From Bdellovibrionales bacterium (GTDB lineage Bacteria; Bdellovibrionota; Bdellovibrionia; Bdellovibrionales; Bdellovibrionaceae): a stretch of 48,880 nt of DNA. This document shows positions 1 through 9,287 of this stretch, piece after piece (position 1 is the stretch's first letter; each line of letters starts with the position of its first letter). The stretch is taken from the NCBI GenBank assembly GCA_031370005.1, contig JANMPT010000060.1:1-48880 (forward strand), written 5' to 3'. The notes beneath the pieces were generated by a model that was not told where the DNA came from, ran no database searches, and saw nothing but the letters and a program-made list of their open reading frames with translations. A program made the position numbers and the translations under genes.

Positions 1-366
1 TCAGAATTTCTTGCGAGCCGTGACTTGCCTTATTGCGCGAAAAATCACTAAATCATATCGCGGAAGCAAACTCTCGACTCCCTTTTGGCAGGGCTTAGCC
101 TTTACGAGGGTATTAAAAAGCTCTTTTGAAGAGATGCAGCTCAAAGGCTATTTTCAGGCCAATCGCGAGCAAGCTGAGAAGGGTTATTCGGCTCGGCAAG
201 AATATTTGGCTAGATTCAATCGCTGGGTTTATAGACTGCGGGTTTTGGATTACTCCTGAGTGCTTGGTAATAAACCTGAAAAGGCTAATGAATTTACGTG
301 GACAGAGTAAGCTTATTTGGTTAAAACCCAGTAAGTTTAAATTCGTCATTTTATAAGGAGTTAGCC

Positions 367-792
367 ATGGCAGTTGAGCAAACGTTCTCAATCATTAAAC
401 CAAACGCAATGAAAAAAAATGCGGTCGGAGATATCATTAGCATGTTCGAGGCAAATGGTTTAAAAATCGCTGCAGCAAAAATCCAGATTTTATCTAAGTC
501 TAAGGCTGAAGAGTTCTATGCTGAACACAAGGCCCGTCCATTTTTTGGTGAACTTGTAAGCTTCATGACCTCAGGCCCAGTTATGCTTATGTGTCTTCAG
601 GGCGAAGGTGCCGTTTTGAAAAACCGGGAAATCATGGGTGCTACAGATCCAAAAAAAGCTGATGCTGGAACAATTCGCTCTAAGTTTGGCGACAACCTTG
701 GTGAAAATGCTGTTCATGGCTCTGACAGTCCAACGTCTGCAGCCCGCGAGCTTAGCTTGTTCTTCGAAAAACAAGAAATCTGCAACGTTTAA
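367..792 (+). CDS. ndk: Nucleoside diphosphate kinase
   Basis: [12 protein letters not shown]-terminus, FYAEH, catalytic NAVHGSDS motif; SD TAAGGAG upstream. Confidence 0.98.
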   Translation: MAVEQTFSIIKPNAMKKNAVGDIISMFEANGLKIAAAKIQILSKSKAEEFYAEHKARPFFGELVSFMTSGPVMLMCLQGEGAVLKNREIMGATDPKKADAGTIRSKFGDNLGENAVHGSDSPTSAARELSLFFEKQEICNV

Positions 793-807
793 TAAGAGCA
801 GAGCGCT

Positions 808-1980
808 ATCGACAATAAGCAGCGAACTGTCACTATTGAAAAACTTGCCATCGGCGGCTCGGGCATTGCGCGAGACGATGGCTTTGTTATCTTTGTTCCA
901 GACTCTGCCCCTGGCGACGAGCTCTTGGTCGAAATAACTACTAAGAAAAAGGCCTTTGCTGAAGCACGAATTCTTAAAATCTTGAAACCAGGACTTTCGC
1001 GACGTGCGCCCCCGTGTCCAATAGCGGCTCGTTGCGGCGGATGCAATTGGCAACATATCGCCGAGACCGAGCAGCGCCAACAAAAACAAGTCATGGTGCA
1101 AGAGACTCTTGCGAAGTTTTTACCGGGGCGAGAGCTTCCTTTTCTGCAAATTAAAGAAAGCCCCCTCTCGTTTCGCTACCGCAATCGAATTCAGCCTAAA
1201 TATCTGCACGGACGCTTTGGCTTTTTTGCCCGCCGTAGCCATGAGATTATTGAGGCAAACGACTGCCCCATTACTGAAGAAAAACTCACCGCTGAGTTTG
1301 GCAAAATAAAACTCGAGCTAGATAAGCGGTTTTTAAATTCAAAAGAAACTCAACGTCTTGAGCTTTTTTTAGATCAAGATGAAAATCCACAGTGGTTTTT
1401 AATGGGAGACGGGCGTGATGGTGTTGGGTTTTCTCAGGTTAACCGCTTTCAAAATGACGATCTCATTAAGACGGTTCTGGAATGGAGCGGCGACTTAGAC
1501 TACGAACGAATTTTTGATCTCTACTCTGGTAGCGGTAACTTTAGCTTCCCGCTTTCCGAAAAGTTCCACACTCAGCAAGTTGTCGGGGCAGAACTCGACC
1601 CAATACTAGTCCAGAAAGCCCATACGAAAACTCTTGCCTCAGAAGCCTCTAATACACGAATCCAATTCCATCAGTCTGATGTTTCAGCCTTCTTAAAACG
1701 TACACAGCTCCGGTCTAAAGACCTGGTCATTTTAGATCCTCCACGCGCCGGAGCAGATAAATTCGTCATGACTACCCTCGCACAAGGCTCTGTTTTAAAA
1801 ATCATCTATATCAGCTGCCAGCCGACCGCTCTAGCGCGAGACCTAGCGTATTTTTTTACAGCACAAAAACAAATACCTCACCCGCGCAGGTTGCGACTAA
1901 AGAAAGTTCAGTGTTTCGAGATGTTCCCCCAAACGGACCACGTCGAGACCATAGCAGAGCTAGCAGTTGACACTCTATAG
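808..1980 (+). CDS. 23S rRNA m5U methyltransferase, RlmD/TrmA family, with N-terminal TRAM domain; start uncertain (ATC 808, ATT 835 or TTG 925)
   Basis: In-frame TRAM sequence VTIEKLAIGGSGIARDDGFVIFVPDSAPGD upstream of the ORF-track start; CPxxxxCGGC Fe-S motif, FSQVN, DLYSGSG, LDPPRAG, YISC, FPQTDHVE. Confidence 0.88.
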   Translation: MDNKQRTVTIEKLAIGGSGIARDDGFVIFVPDSAPGDELLVEITTKKKAFAEARILKILKPGLSRRAPPCPIAARCGGCNWQHIAETEQRQQKQVMVQETLAKFLPGRELPFLQIKESPLSFRYRNRIQPKYLHGRFGFFARRSHEIIEANDCPITEEKLTAEFGKIKLELDKRFLNSKETQRLELFLDQDENPQWFLMGDGRDGVGFSQVNRFQNDDLIKTVLEWSGDLDYERIFDLYSGSGNFSFPLSEKFHTQQVVGAELDPILVQKAHTKTLASEASNTRIQFHQSDVSAFLKRTQLRSKDLVILDPPRAGADKFVMTTLAQGSVLKIIYISCQPTALARDLAYFFTAQKQIPHPRRLRLKKVQCFEMFPQTDHVETIAELAVDTL

Positions 1981-1995
1981 GCGAGTGAATAACTT
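1967..1995 (+). promoter_or_regulatory. sigma70-type promoter, predicted leaderless transcript for the TPR gene
   Basis: TTGACA(1967-1972)-N17-TAACTT(1990-1995)-N6-ATG(2002). Confidence 0.65.
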
Positions 1996-2001
1996 GGTAA
2001 C

Positions 2002-2757
2002 ATGGCCAGAATACTCCTGACTTTCTCTATATTTATCCTCGCTGCTTGCGTTAGCGCGAGCTCTAAAGATTCCGAAAAGGCCGAACTCTATTTACGCATG
2101 GGCAGCTCACAGTTTGAAAGCGGAAATTATCCTGCCGCCATGAGCGACCTGCTTAAAGCTGAGGAGTTAGATCCAAATAATCCTGCGGTCCAAAACAACT
2201 TAGGGCTCGTTTTTTTTATGCGTCAACGCTATGACCTTGCCGAAGAACATATCCGCCGGGCACTCCGTATAAATAATAAATACAGCGAAGCTCGCAACAA
2301 TTTAGCCCGCGTCTTGATTGAAGAGGGCAAACCTCAAGAGGCCGTGAGGGAGCTTCGGGTGGTTCTTGATGACCTCACTTACCCTGCCGTCGATAAAGCC
2401 TATGTTAACTTGGGCCTTGCTCAATTTAATCTAAAAAATTACACCGAGGCCAAGAATAGTTTTTTGCAAGCGATAAATGTCTCGCGAGATAATTGTATAG
2501 CAAACGACTATTATGGTCGTTCATTTTTTGAGCTCAAGGATTACAACAGCGCCGCACCCGCTCTTGATACTGCCATTGGCTTTTGTCAGCGCGCGCTTTT
2601 CGATGAGCCACATTATTACAGCGCCCTTGCCTACTATCGTCTTGGAAACAAGGAAAAAGCCATGGCTCGATTTGCAGAAATCGTAAAGCTATACCCGGAC
2701 GGCAAGTACAGAGAAAAATCTAAAGCAATGTTAGAAATGCTAAGGAAGGCTCCGTAA
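2002..2757 (+). CDS. TPR lipoprotein, PilF/PilW/Tgl-like (type IV pilus secretin pilotin)
   Basis: Lipobox ILAAC, repeated TPR motifs (NNLGLVF, ARNNLA, AYVNLGLAQ), position between ndk/methyltransferase and rodZ. Confidence 0.8.
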   Translation: MARILLTFSIFILAACVSASSKDSEKAELYLRMGSSQFESGNYPAAMSDLLKAEELDPNNPAVQNNLGLVFFMRQRYDLAEEHIRRALRINNKYSEARNNLARVLIEEGKPQEAVRELRVVLDDLTYPAVDKAYVNLGLAQFNLKNYTEAKNSFLQAINVSRDNCIANDYYGRSFFELKDYNSAAPALDTAIGFCQRALFDEPHYYSALAYYRLGNKEKAMARFAEIVKLYPDGKYREKSKAMLEMLRKAP

Positions 2758-3668
2758 TGAAACGCACTGGAGAAATCTTAAAGAACGCCCGAGAAAAGAA
2801 AGGGCTTTCGATCAACGAAGTCGCTCTCGCCCTAAAGATTAGCAGCAAAATTTTAAAAGCAATTGAGGATGGCGACCCTAGCCAGCTACCTCCAAAAACT
2901 TTCTTGCGTGGCTTTGTACAAAGTTATTCTAACTATTTGCGCCTCAATGCCAATGAGGTTCTCCGAGTTTTCCAGGCCGAAATGGGCACGACAAAACCAA
3001 GCCCACTAATTCAAATGCCTGAGCAAGATGCCACGCTGGAATCTTTTGAAAAAAAGAAATCTGAGCCCGCTACTAAGCGCGGCGCGACTCCCGCACAGGA
3101 AAAGTCATATAACAAGCTTACTAAAACAAACAACAACTCTAAGACAATAACTTTTACCTTGCTTGGATTAATTCTTGTCGGGCTAATTGTTTTCACTAAG
3201 AAAATGATTGATAAGTATCAAAAGGAAAGCGCCATTGCTGACGTAGAAGTTGCCGCGCCGATTGCCACTCCCCCGCAGGAGGTCGCTGCAGACTTAACTC
3301 ACCCGTCGCCGTCACCAACCGCGACAGTGACGGCGATGAGTACGCCTTTAGTCACCCCAACACCAGAGCCAACACCCATTGCCACCGTCGCCGAAACTCC
3401 GGCGCCAAGCCCCTCGCCAACAGCGACACCAATGAGCAAACCTCTCGAGGTGATTATTGAAGCTTTGGATAATGTCGACATCGATTACATTACAAAAGAC
3501 GGTCAAATCGAAAGGATTCATTTAAACGCAGAGCAAGTTCATACCTTCAAAAGTAAAAGCGGAATCAAGCTCAATATTAGCAACGGCGGCGCTGTGGACG
3601 TCATCGTAAATGGAAAAGACCTTGGTATTCCAGGAAATCTTGGCAAACCCGTTAAACTAAGTTTCTAA
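2757..3668 (+). CDS. rodZ: RodZ-like cytoskeletal protein (HTH, TM, Pro/Thr linker, DUF4115-like C-terminus)
   Basis: GEILKNAREKKGLSI...LKAIE...FLRGFVQSY HTH; single TM; C-terminal ISNGGAVDVIVNGKDLG. Confidence 0.82.
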   Translation: MKRTGEILKNAREKKGLSINEVALALKISSKILKAIEDGDPSQLPPKTFLRGFVQSYSNYLRLNANEVLRVFQAEMGTTKPSPLIQMPEQDATLESFEKKKSEPATKRGATPAQEKSYNKLTKTNNNSKTITFTLLGLILVGLIVFTKKMIDKYQKESAIADVEVAAPIATPPQEVAADLTHPSPSPTATVTAMSTPLVTPTPEPTPIATVAETPAPSPSPTATPMSKPLEVIIEALDNVDIDYITKDGQIERIHLNAEQVHTFKSKSGIKLNISNGGAVDVIVNGKDLGIPGNLGKPVKLSF

Positions 3669-3669
3669 C

Positions 3670-4986
3670 GTGCGACAATTATTTCTGATTTGGACTCTCA
3701 GTTTACTCTTTAAAATAGGACTCGCGGCCATTCTTCCGCTCAGCCCCGATGAGGCCTACTATTGGGTTTGGTCCCACCATCTCCAGCTCAGCTATTTTGA
3801 TCACCCTCCTTTTGTGGCATGGCTATTTTATCTCGGTCACGGACTCGAGCCTTATGGGCAGCTTCTTCGCTTGCCAACAGTTCTACTGGGTCAGCTAACC
3901 TTCATTGTTTGGTATTACATTTTAAAACCACAGTTCTCTTGGGAAAAGTATAGATATTGGTATGCTCTTGCCTTTTTTTCTCCTCTTGTCGGGTTTGGCT
4001 CTATGGTCGGTACGCCTGACGTTCCCTTGCTTTTGTTTTGGTCGCTAGCTATTTATTTTTTTCAGCAATGTCTGTCTCATCAAAGGGCACGTGATTATTT
4101 TTTTCTTGGGGTTTCCTTGGGGCTTGGGTTCAGCAGCAAGTATCACATTGTTCTTTTTGTGCCCCTTGCGCTGCTCTTTCTTTTTGTAGAAAAAAGAATG
4201 CAAGAAGTGTCTTTTAAAAAAATTATTTACACCTTTGTTGGCGGATTTATTTTTTCTCTTCCAGTGATTATTTGGAATATGCAAAATCAGTTTGCTTCAT
4301 TCCGCTTTCAAATTGATCACGGACTTGGAAGATCAAACTGGACTCCTGATTGGACTATCGGTTATCTTGTCGCTGAAATTTTACTTATCTTTCCCGTGGT
4401 GCTTATGGCCGCTTTTCGCGCTAAGCCCACAAAAGAATATCGATTCCTATTTTATCTTGCCTGGGGGCCTTTGGTTTTTTTCTTTTTCTCTTCGTTCCGA
4501 GGAGCTGTCGAGCTTAATTGGCCAAATGTGGCATTTCCTGCGATATTTGCCTTAGTGCTTTTTACCAAAAACCCGAAAAAAACTGCTATGCTGACTTCCG
4601 TCTTCTGGTTTCTTTTCTATGCCACTGTCTTTGCAGCTGTTCTATTTCTTCCAAAAGGCAACCCAATTGCAAAGCCTTTCAGAGAGCCCTTCCGTTTTCG
4701 TCCCCTGTCTTTGCTGCAAAAAAAATATCAGCCCCTCTATGCGGGGTCCTATCAAATAGCTTCCTCAATTTGGTATGAAAACAAAATTCCTATCTACAAA
4801 CTTCGCGACATGAGCCGCTATGATTTCTATGACACGCTTCCGCAATCCTTGCCGCAGGAAGACACTTTTTATCTCGTTCATGAAAACTGGAACGAGATAC
4901 CTGACTGGGTCAAAAAAGCGGGATACAAAGTAGAAGTGATTAAAAAAATTGATCCGCATTATTTGGTCGTAAAGGTTTCACGATGA
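3670..4986 (+). CDS. GT-C fold glycosyltransferase (GT39/ArnT/PMT-like)
   Basis: DEAYYW, YFDHPP, TPDVPL, SKY motifs; many TM helices; GTG start. Confidence 0.85.
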   Translation: MRQLFLIWTLSLLFKIGLAAILPLSPDEAYYWVWSHHLQLSYFDHPPFVAWLFYLGHGLEPYGQLLRLPTVLLGQLTFIVWYYILKPQFSWEKYRYWYALAFFSPLVGFGSMVGTPDVPLLLFWSLAIYFFQQCLSHQRARDYFFLGVSLGLGFSSKYHIVLFVPLALLFLFVEKRMQEVSFKKIIYTFVGGFIFSLPVIIWNMQNQFASFRFQIDHGLGRSNWTPDWTIGYLVAEILLIFPVVLMAAFRAKPTKEYRFLFYLAWGPLVFFFFSSFRGAVELNWPNVAFPAIFALVLFTKNPKKTAMLTSVFWFLFYATVFAAVLFLPKGNPIAKPFREPFRFRPLSLLQKKYQPLYAGSYQIASSIWYENKIPIYKLRDMSRYDFYDTLPQSLPQEDTFYLVHENWNEIPDWVKKAGYKVEVIKKIDPHYLVVKVSR

Positions 4987-6194
4987 TAAAATTTGTTATC
5001 GGCACTTCGTTTTTGTTGATCTCGTATTTTATATATGGATTTTATATTTCCCAATATGAAATTAGCGTTATTCCGCAAAAACTTAAAAGCGAAAACCCTC
5101 CAGGCTATTATGACTATCGCGGCGTAATCAATGTCCATTCAGAATTAAGCATTGGATCCTCATCGGCCGCACAAATAGCCCGAGCGGCCAAGCTTGCCGG
5201 TTTAGATTTTATGATTCTCACAGATTTAAATGTTTTTGATAACAAAATTCATAGCGATAGTTATTCTCAAAATGTTTTATTTTTAACGGGGGGAAAATAC
5301 AGTTACTTAGACTCTCGACTTATATTTTACTCGCCCAGCAAAAATATTATTGGAAATAATCTTGGCGAAGCTCAGATTCACTTCACAGATATGCTGACAC
5401 AAAAAAAAGGCGACAGCAGAGATACACTTTTAATCCTGGCACACCCTTATGGTTTGGGTTTTAGTTGGGCAGGTGCACTTCCACCAGGACTGGATGGTCT
5501 TGAGGTTATCAACGTAAAGAGTCTGTCGGCCCAGGCTTGGCAGCTCTCTAAGGCTTCAGTAATTTGGAGTTTTCTGATTTATCCCTTTAACCCAGGGTTT
5601 TCTCTGGCTCGTTTGTTTTTGGAGCCCACCAACGAACTCGCTTTGCTTGACAAGACCACTCAACAGCAAAAAATATTTGGTTTTGCAGGAGCAGAGGCCT
5701 CGGCTCGTGCTATTCCCCTTGCGAACTATCTAGTTCGCTTCCCAAGCTATCAGCGCAACTTTGAAATCGCTAGTAATCACGTTCTTCTTCCCGCAGAACT
5801 CACTGGAAATCTCGCTAGCGATCGGCAAAAAATATTTAACGCACTAAAAAAAGGTCAGTTTTATTTGGCCTTTGATGCGCTCGGCGATCCAAAAGGTTTT
5901 GTCGCGACTCTGGATGACAAGGGTCACTCTTTCCTGATGGGCACTCAACTCCGACTCGTTAAGGGCTTATCCTTAAATATTCGTATACCTGGACCGCCAA
6001 AAAATTTTTACGAAATTGTTGTTTATCGAAATGGCGAGCGCTTCAGAACAATTAACGAACCTGAGGCTAGCGTTTCAATTACCGAACCTGGCGTTTATCG
6101 TGTGCAAGTACGCGTCGCGGTTTCAATGCCACTTCCGGATGCAAACCGCTGGATCAGCTGGATCTATAGCAATCCCTTTTTTGTGACTCCATAG
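4983..6194 (+). CDS. Membrane-anchored PHP-domain metallohydrolase
   Basis: N-terminal TM; GVINVHS, AGLDFMILTD, LILAHP, GLEVIN, terminal YSNP; several metal ligands look degenerate. Confidence 0.65.
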   Translation: MIKFVIGTSFLLISYFIYGFYISQYEISVIPQKLKSENPPGYYDYRGVINVHSELSIGSSSAAQIARAAKLAGLDFMILTDLNVFDNKIHSDSYSQNVLFLTGGKYSYLDSRLIFYSPSKNIIGNNLGEAQIHFTDMLTQKKGDSRDTLLILAHPYGLGFSWAGALPPGLDGLEVINVKSLSAQAWQLSKASVIWSFLIYPFNPGFSLARLFLEPTNELALLDKTTQQQKIFGFAGAEASARAIPLANYLVRFPSYQRNFEIASNHVLLPAELTGNLASDRQKIFNALKKGQFYLAFDALGDPKGFVATLDDKGHSFLMGTQLRLVKGLSLNIRIPGPPKNFYEIVVYRNGERFRTINEPEASVSITEPGVYRVQVRVAVSMPLPDANRWISWIYSNPFFVTP

Positions 6195-6481
6195 TGCGTT
6201 TCCAGAACTAATCCTGTGCAGGCCTTATTTTGGCAGCAAAGTCGTTCCTGAGGGCTAAAGGAACGATCATCTGCCATCTCCTGCTCCACATCGTTTCTTG
6301 GCTGCATCAAATCTAAGCCCTCATGAACCCATACTCGACAGGTCCCACAGGTCCCATTTCCCCCACAACTATGTGAAATATCTATACCCGCTCTTAATGC
6401 GGCCTCAAGTAGCGTGTCCTCTTGACTCGCCTCGACAAGTATATTTTCTGTTAGGAACTTTATTGAAATCGGCATTTCCAT
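6164..6481 (-). CDS. 2Fe-2S ferredoxin (start 6481 or 6475)
   Basis: TLLEAA, CGGNGTCGTC, RLCCQ. Confidence 0.9.
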   Translation of the reverse strand: MEMPISIKFLTENILVEASQEDTLLEAALRAGIDISHSCGGNGTCGTCRVWVHEGLDLMQPRNDVEQEMADDRSFSPQERLCCQNKACTGLVLETHYGVTKKGLL

Positions 6482-6498
6482 TATGTATCAATGATTTC

Positions 6499-7119
6499 AT
6501 GAGATTCATAGCTTTTGACTTAGAAACTACTGGTACTGTGCCTGGTGTTGATCAAATCGTCGAACTTGGTGCCGTGCGCTTTATTAACGGTGAGCCAGAG
6601 GCAATTTTTGCAACTCTTGTAGATCCACTCCGTTCCATCCCTGCAGGGGCCTCTAGGGTGAATGGAATTTTTGATGATATGGTAAAAGGTAAACCGCTCA
6701 TTGACTCAATTCTTCCTTCGTTTGCTGAGTTCTGCGGGGACGATATGTTGGTAGCTCACAATGCTCCTTTTGACGCCCAATTTTTGACTGCCGATATTAA
6801 AAAACATGAGACAACTGCCCCTAGGGGGGTCGTTATTGATACTCTTACTATTGCCAGAAAAGTATTCCCTGGCTTGCCGAACTATAAACTCGGCACACTT
6901 GTACAGTATTTAAAAATTCCAAGCGCAGACTTCCACAGGGCCGAAGCGGATGCCTCTTACTGCGGACGGCTTTTTTTCCAAATGATAAAAAGAATTTCTG
7001 TGGCCGGGCAAGCGCCACAAGTGGCAAATCTAGTTGCATTGACAGGTAAAGCCGAGCTTCGCTTCCCACAAATTATCCGCCAACCTAAACAAATGGATCT
7101 TTTTGGCGGCTTGCTTTAG
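6499..7119 (+). CDS. DEDDh 3'-5' exonuclease (DNA Pol III epsilon-like)
   Basis: FDLETTG (ExoI), AHNAPFD (ExoII), HRAEADA (ExoIII); start moved to ATG 6499 to avoid overlapping the ferredoxin. Confidence 0.9.
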   Translation: MRFIAFDLETTGTVPGVDQIVELGAVRFINGEPEAIFATLVDPLRSIPAGASRVNGIFDDMVKGKPLIDSILPSFAEFCGDDMLVAHNAPFDAQFLTADIKKHETTAPRGVVIDTLTIARKVFPGLPNYKLGTLVQYLKIPSADFHRAEADASYCGRLFFQMIKRISVAGQAPQVANLVALTGKAELRFPQIIRQPKQMDLFGGLL

Positions 7120-7127
7120 TCCTATCC

Positions 7128-8753
7128 TTAAATGTTCTCGCTCGCCTTATGTGCAAGCGGCCACCGACGCCCCCGCCCAAACGAATGCTCTGATACTTTT
7201 AAAACCGGCGGAGCTTGCCAACGCTTAAACTCCGTCCGCATAATTACAGGTAATAGCCAGCGATCAGTTGCGCTTTTAACCGAGCCCGAATGCTCCACCA
7301 AGTTCACGACAGCAGCATCCAACATATCATATGGTGGCAAGGTGTCTTGATCCTTCTGATTTGGGCGAAGCTCAGCACTCGGAGCGCGATTAATAATCTC
7401 CTGTGGAATAATCTCGCCTTGAGTATTATAGATTTTCGCCAACTCATAGACTTGCTTTTTCGTCAGGTCTCCCAACGGAGCTAAGCCGCCGCACATATCG
7501 CCATACATTGTTGAATAACCTGACGCGAACTCGCTTTTATTACTTGTTGAAACCAACAGCGAGTTCTCTTTATTTGAGTAGGCCATCAGGATCATTCCAC
7601 GCAAACGTGCCTGAATGTTTTCTTGGGTTACACTAAAGTCCTTAAGGTCCCAATGCTTTTCAAGAGTTTTTAATATTAACTCATAGCTCTCACTGATGGA
7701 GACACAGCTAAGTTTGATTTGTAAATTCGCAGCTAAAGCCTCCGCAAGCTTCAAACTTTTATCGGCACTAAATGGTCCTGGCAAAGCCACGCCCGTCACA
7801 TTTCCCGCTCCAAGAGCTTCAACAGTTAGACACGCGGTCAGTGCAGAATCAATTCCGCCACTGAGTCCTAGGTGAAGTTTCGTCAGTCCTGTCTTGCGAC
7901 AGAAATCTCGAATGCCCAATACGAGTGCTTTCCGAATTGCCTCAGGACCTTCAACGATGATAGCTGGCGACCAGGCTTTTAGAGTTTTAAGATTCAAAAC
8001 ATTCAAATCTTCTTCAAACTGATGGCAACGTAGCAGCACCTTTCCTTTTGGATCTATTATAAAGCTGGCGCCATCATAAATGACTTCATCTTGAGCGCCG
8101 ACCTGATTGGCATACAGTATGGGAGCCTTAAAATAACGGGCCGTTTTGAGAGTCATATACTCCCGCTGTTTTAGTTTTCCTGGGAAAAATGGAGATGCGC
8201 TAAGATTGATAACAAGATCAACCTTTTTCCGTACAACATCTGTTATCGGGTTTTTTGCATAAGGAGAGCGGCCTTTTACATCTGGCCACGCCCAAATATC
8301 TTCACAAATAGTCACAAAAAAACGCTTACCCTTAAAGCTCAGATAATTATTTTTCATACTTCCCGGTTGGATAAATCGTGCCTCATCGAATACATCGCCT
8401 GTCGGCAAAAGCTGCTTATTAAAAACCTTGGTTTTCTGCCCCTTTACCATAAAAACTGCAGAGTTAAAGTAGGGACGACCCTTGAGAGCCTTGTTCTGTG
8501 TAAAAGCACCGATCAACACACCCATTCCCTGCGGAATTTGTTTATGGATTTTCAGCAGAAATTTTTCTTGATTAAGAACTAATTTAGTTCTCTCGAGAAG
8601 GTCATAGGGATGGTAACCAAACAATGCGCTTTCAGGAAAAACGACAAGCTCGCATTCTTTTTCCTGCGCGCGTTTTATAAACTCTAAAATTTTTTTGGAG
8701 TTATATTCAAAATCGCCGAGAGTCGGATTAATTTGGGCTATTGCTATTCTCAT
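7128..8753 (-). CDS. nadE: Glutamine-dependent NAD+ synthetase
   Basis: Nitrilase-fold domain (FPE, ICEDIW) plus synthetase domain (GLSGGIDS, ENIQARLRG, NKSE, PSAELRPNQKD). Confidence 0.95.
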   Translation of the reverse strand: MRIAIAQINPTLGDFEYNSKKILEFIKRAQEKECELVVFPESALFGYHPYDLLERTKLVLNQEKFLLKIHKQIPQGMGVLIGAFTQNKALKGRPYFNSAVFMVKGQKTKVFNKQLLPTGDVFDEARFIQPGSMKNNYLSFKGKRFFVTICEDIWAWPDVKGRSPYAKNPITDVVRKKVDLVINLSASPFFPGKLKQREYMTLKTARYFKAPILYANQVGAQDEVIYDGASFIIDPKGKVLLRCHQFEEDLNVLNLKTLKAWSPAIIVEGPEAIRKALVLGIRDFCRKTGLTKLHLGLSGGIDSALTACLTVEALGAGNVTGVALPGPFSADKSLKLAEALAANLQIKLSCVSISESYELILKTLEKHWDLKDFSVTQENIQARLRGMILMAYSNKENSLLVSTSNKSEFASGYSTMYGDMCGGLAPLGDLTKKQVYELAKIYNTQGEIIPQEIINRAPSAELRPNQKDQDTLPPYDMLDAAVVNLVEHSGSVKSATDRWLLPVIMRTEFKRWQAPPVLKVSEHSFGRGRRWPLAHKASENI

Positions 8754-9135
8754 AATTTTCAAGCCTGCTTTTTTCTTTGATCATTATACGCCCTGTAAAG
8801 CCATCTTGATAGCCATGCCAATAACAAATTTCAGTTTCCGGAAACTTCCAGCAAAAATATCCGTCCCCACTATCAAAGTCTGCAAGCCAAAGACCTTTTG
8901 GCTCACCGCCAAGTTTTTCAATCTTAATTTGCCAGCGAGTCACAATTTCATTTAGTCGCGCCTCGAGCTCCCTGACTGCGCTGCACTTCTTGTCCGCATA
9001 AGCATCAATAAAGTTAATAATTTTACGAACCTCCTGCAGGGGCTCTTCTGTTAAACGATACACTAGTGGAAGCAATTGAGATACTTCATGATGCGTAAAT
9101 ATTTTTTTACGATTAATCTCAACCACATTATTCAC
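8728..9135 (-). CDS. DUF2203-like conserved protein
   Basis: FTxxExxxLLP N-terminus, KGLWLADF, FCWKFPETEICYWHGYQDGFTGR; G-rich SD before TTG 9138/GTG 9135. Confidence 0.7.
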   Translation of the reverse strand: MNNVVEINRKKIFTHHEVSQLLPLVYRLTEEPLQEVRKIINFIDAYADKKCSAVRELEARLNEIVTRWQIKIEKLGGEPKGLWLADFDSGDGYFCWKFPETEICYWHGYQDGFTGRIMIKEKSRLENYENSNSPN

Positions 9136-9287
9136 CAAATTCCCCCCGCAGAATGACTTGCCGAAGTCTTGATATGTAGCAATTAGAAAACTCATGCAAG
9201 TAATATAGAAGATTACAGACAAGTTAAGATATCATTTGAAGAAATTTCCGATACGCTAGAAAACAATTATGCCTGCGGCGTGTTGAT

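Noticed and set aside
1..366. Short ORFs 11-259, 126-356 and 113-391(-) upstream of ndk
   Set aside because: No recognisable motifs or SD, and they overlap each other; more likely intergenic/promoter DNA. No RNA gene recognised.
638..937. ORF bridging ndk and the methyltransferase as a frameshift explanation for the missing start
   Set aside because: The TRAM-like sequence is in the ndk/925 frame, not this one. Read-through of two consecutive TAA stops is also implausible.
3260..3435. Repetitive CC-rich DNA as a possible tandem repeat or array
   Set aside because: Explained by the Pro/Thr linker of RodZ; no fixed-period nucleotide repeat.
6298..6498. N-terminal extension of the exonuclease ORF
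   Set aside because: It is antisense to the ferredoxin; exonuclease homology starts at ATG 6499.
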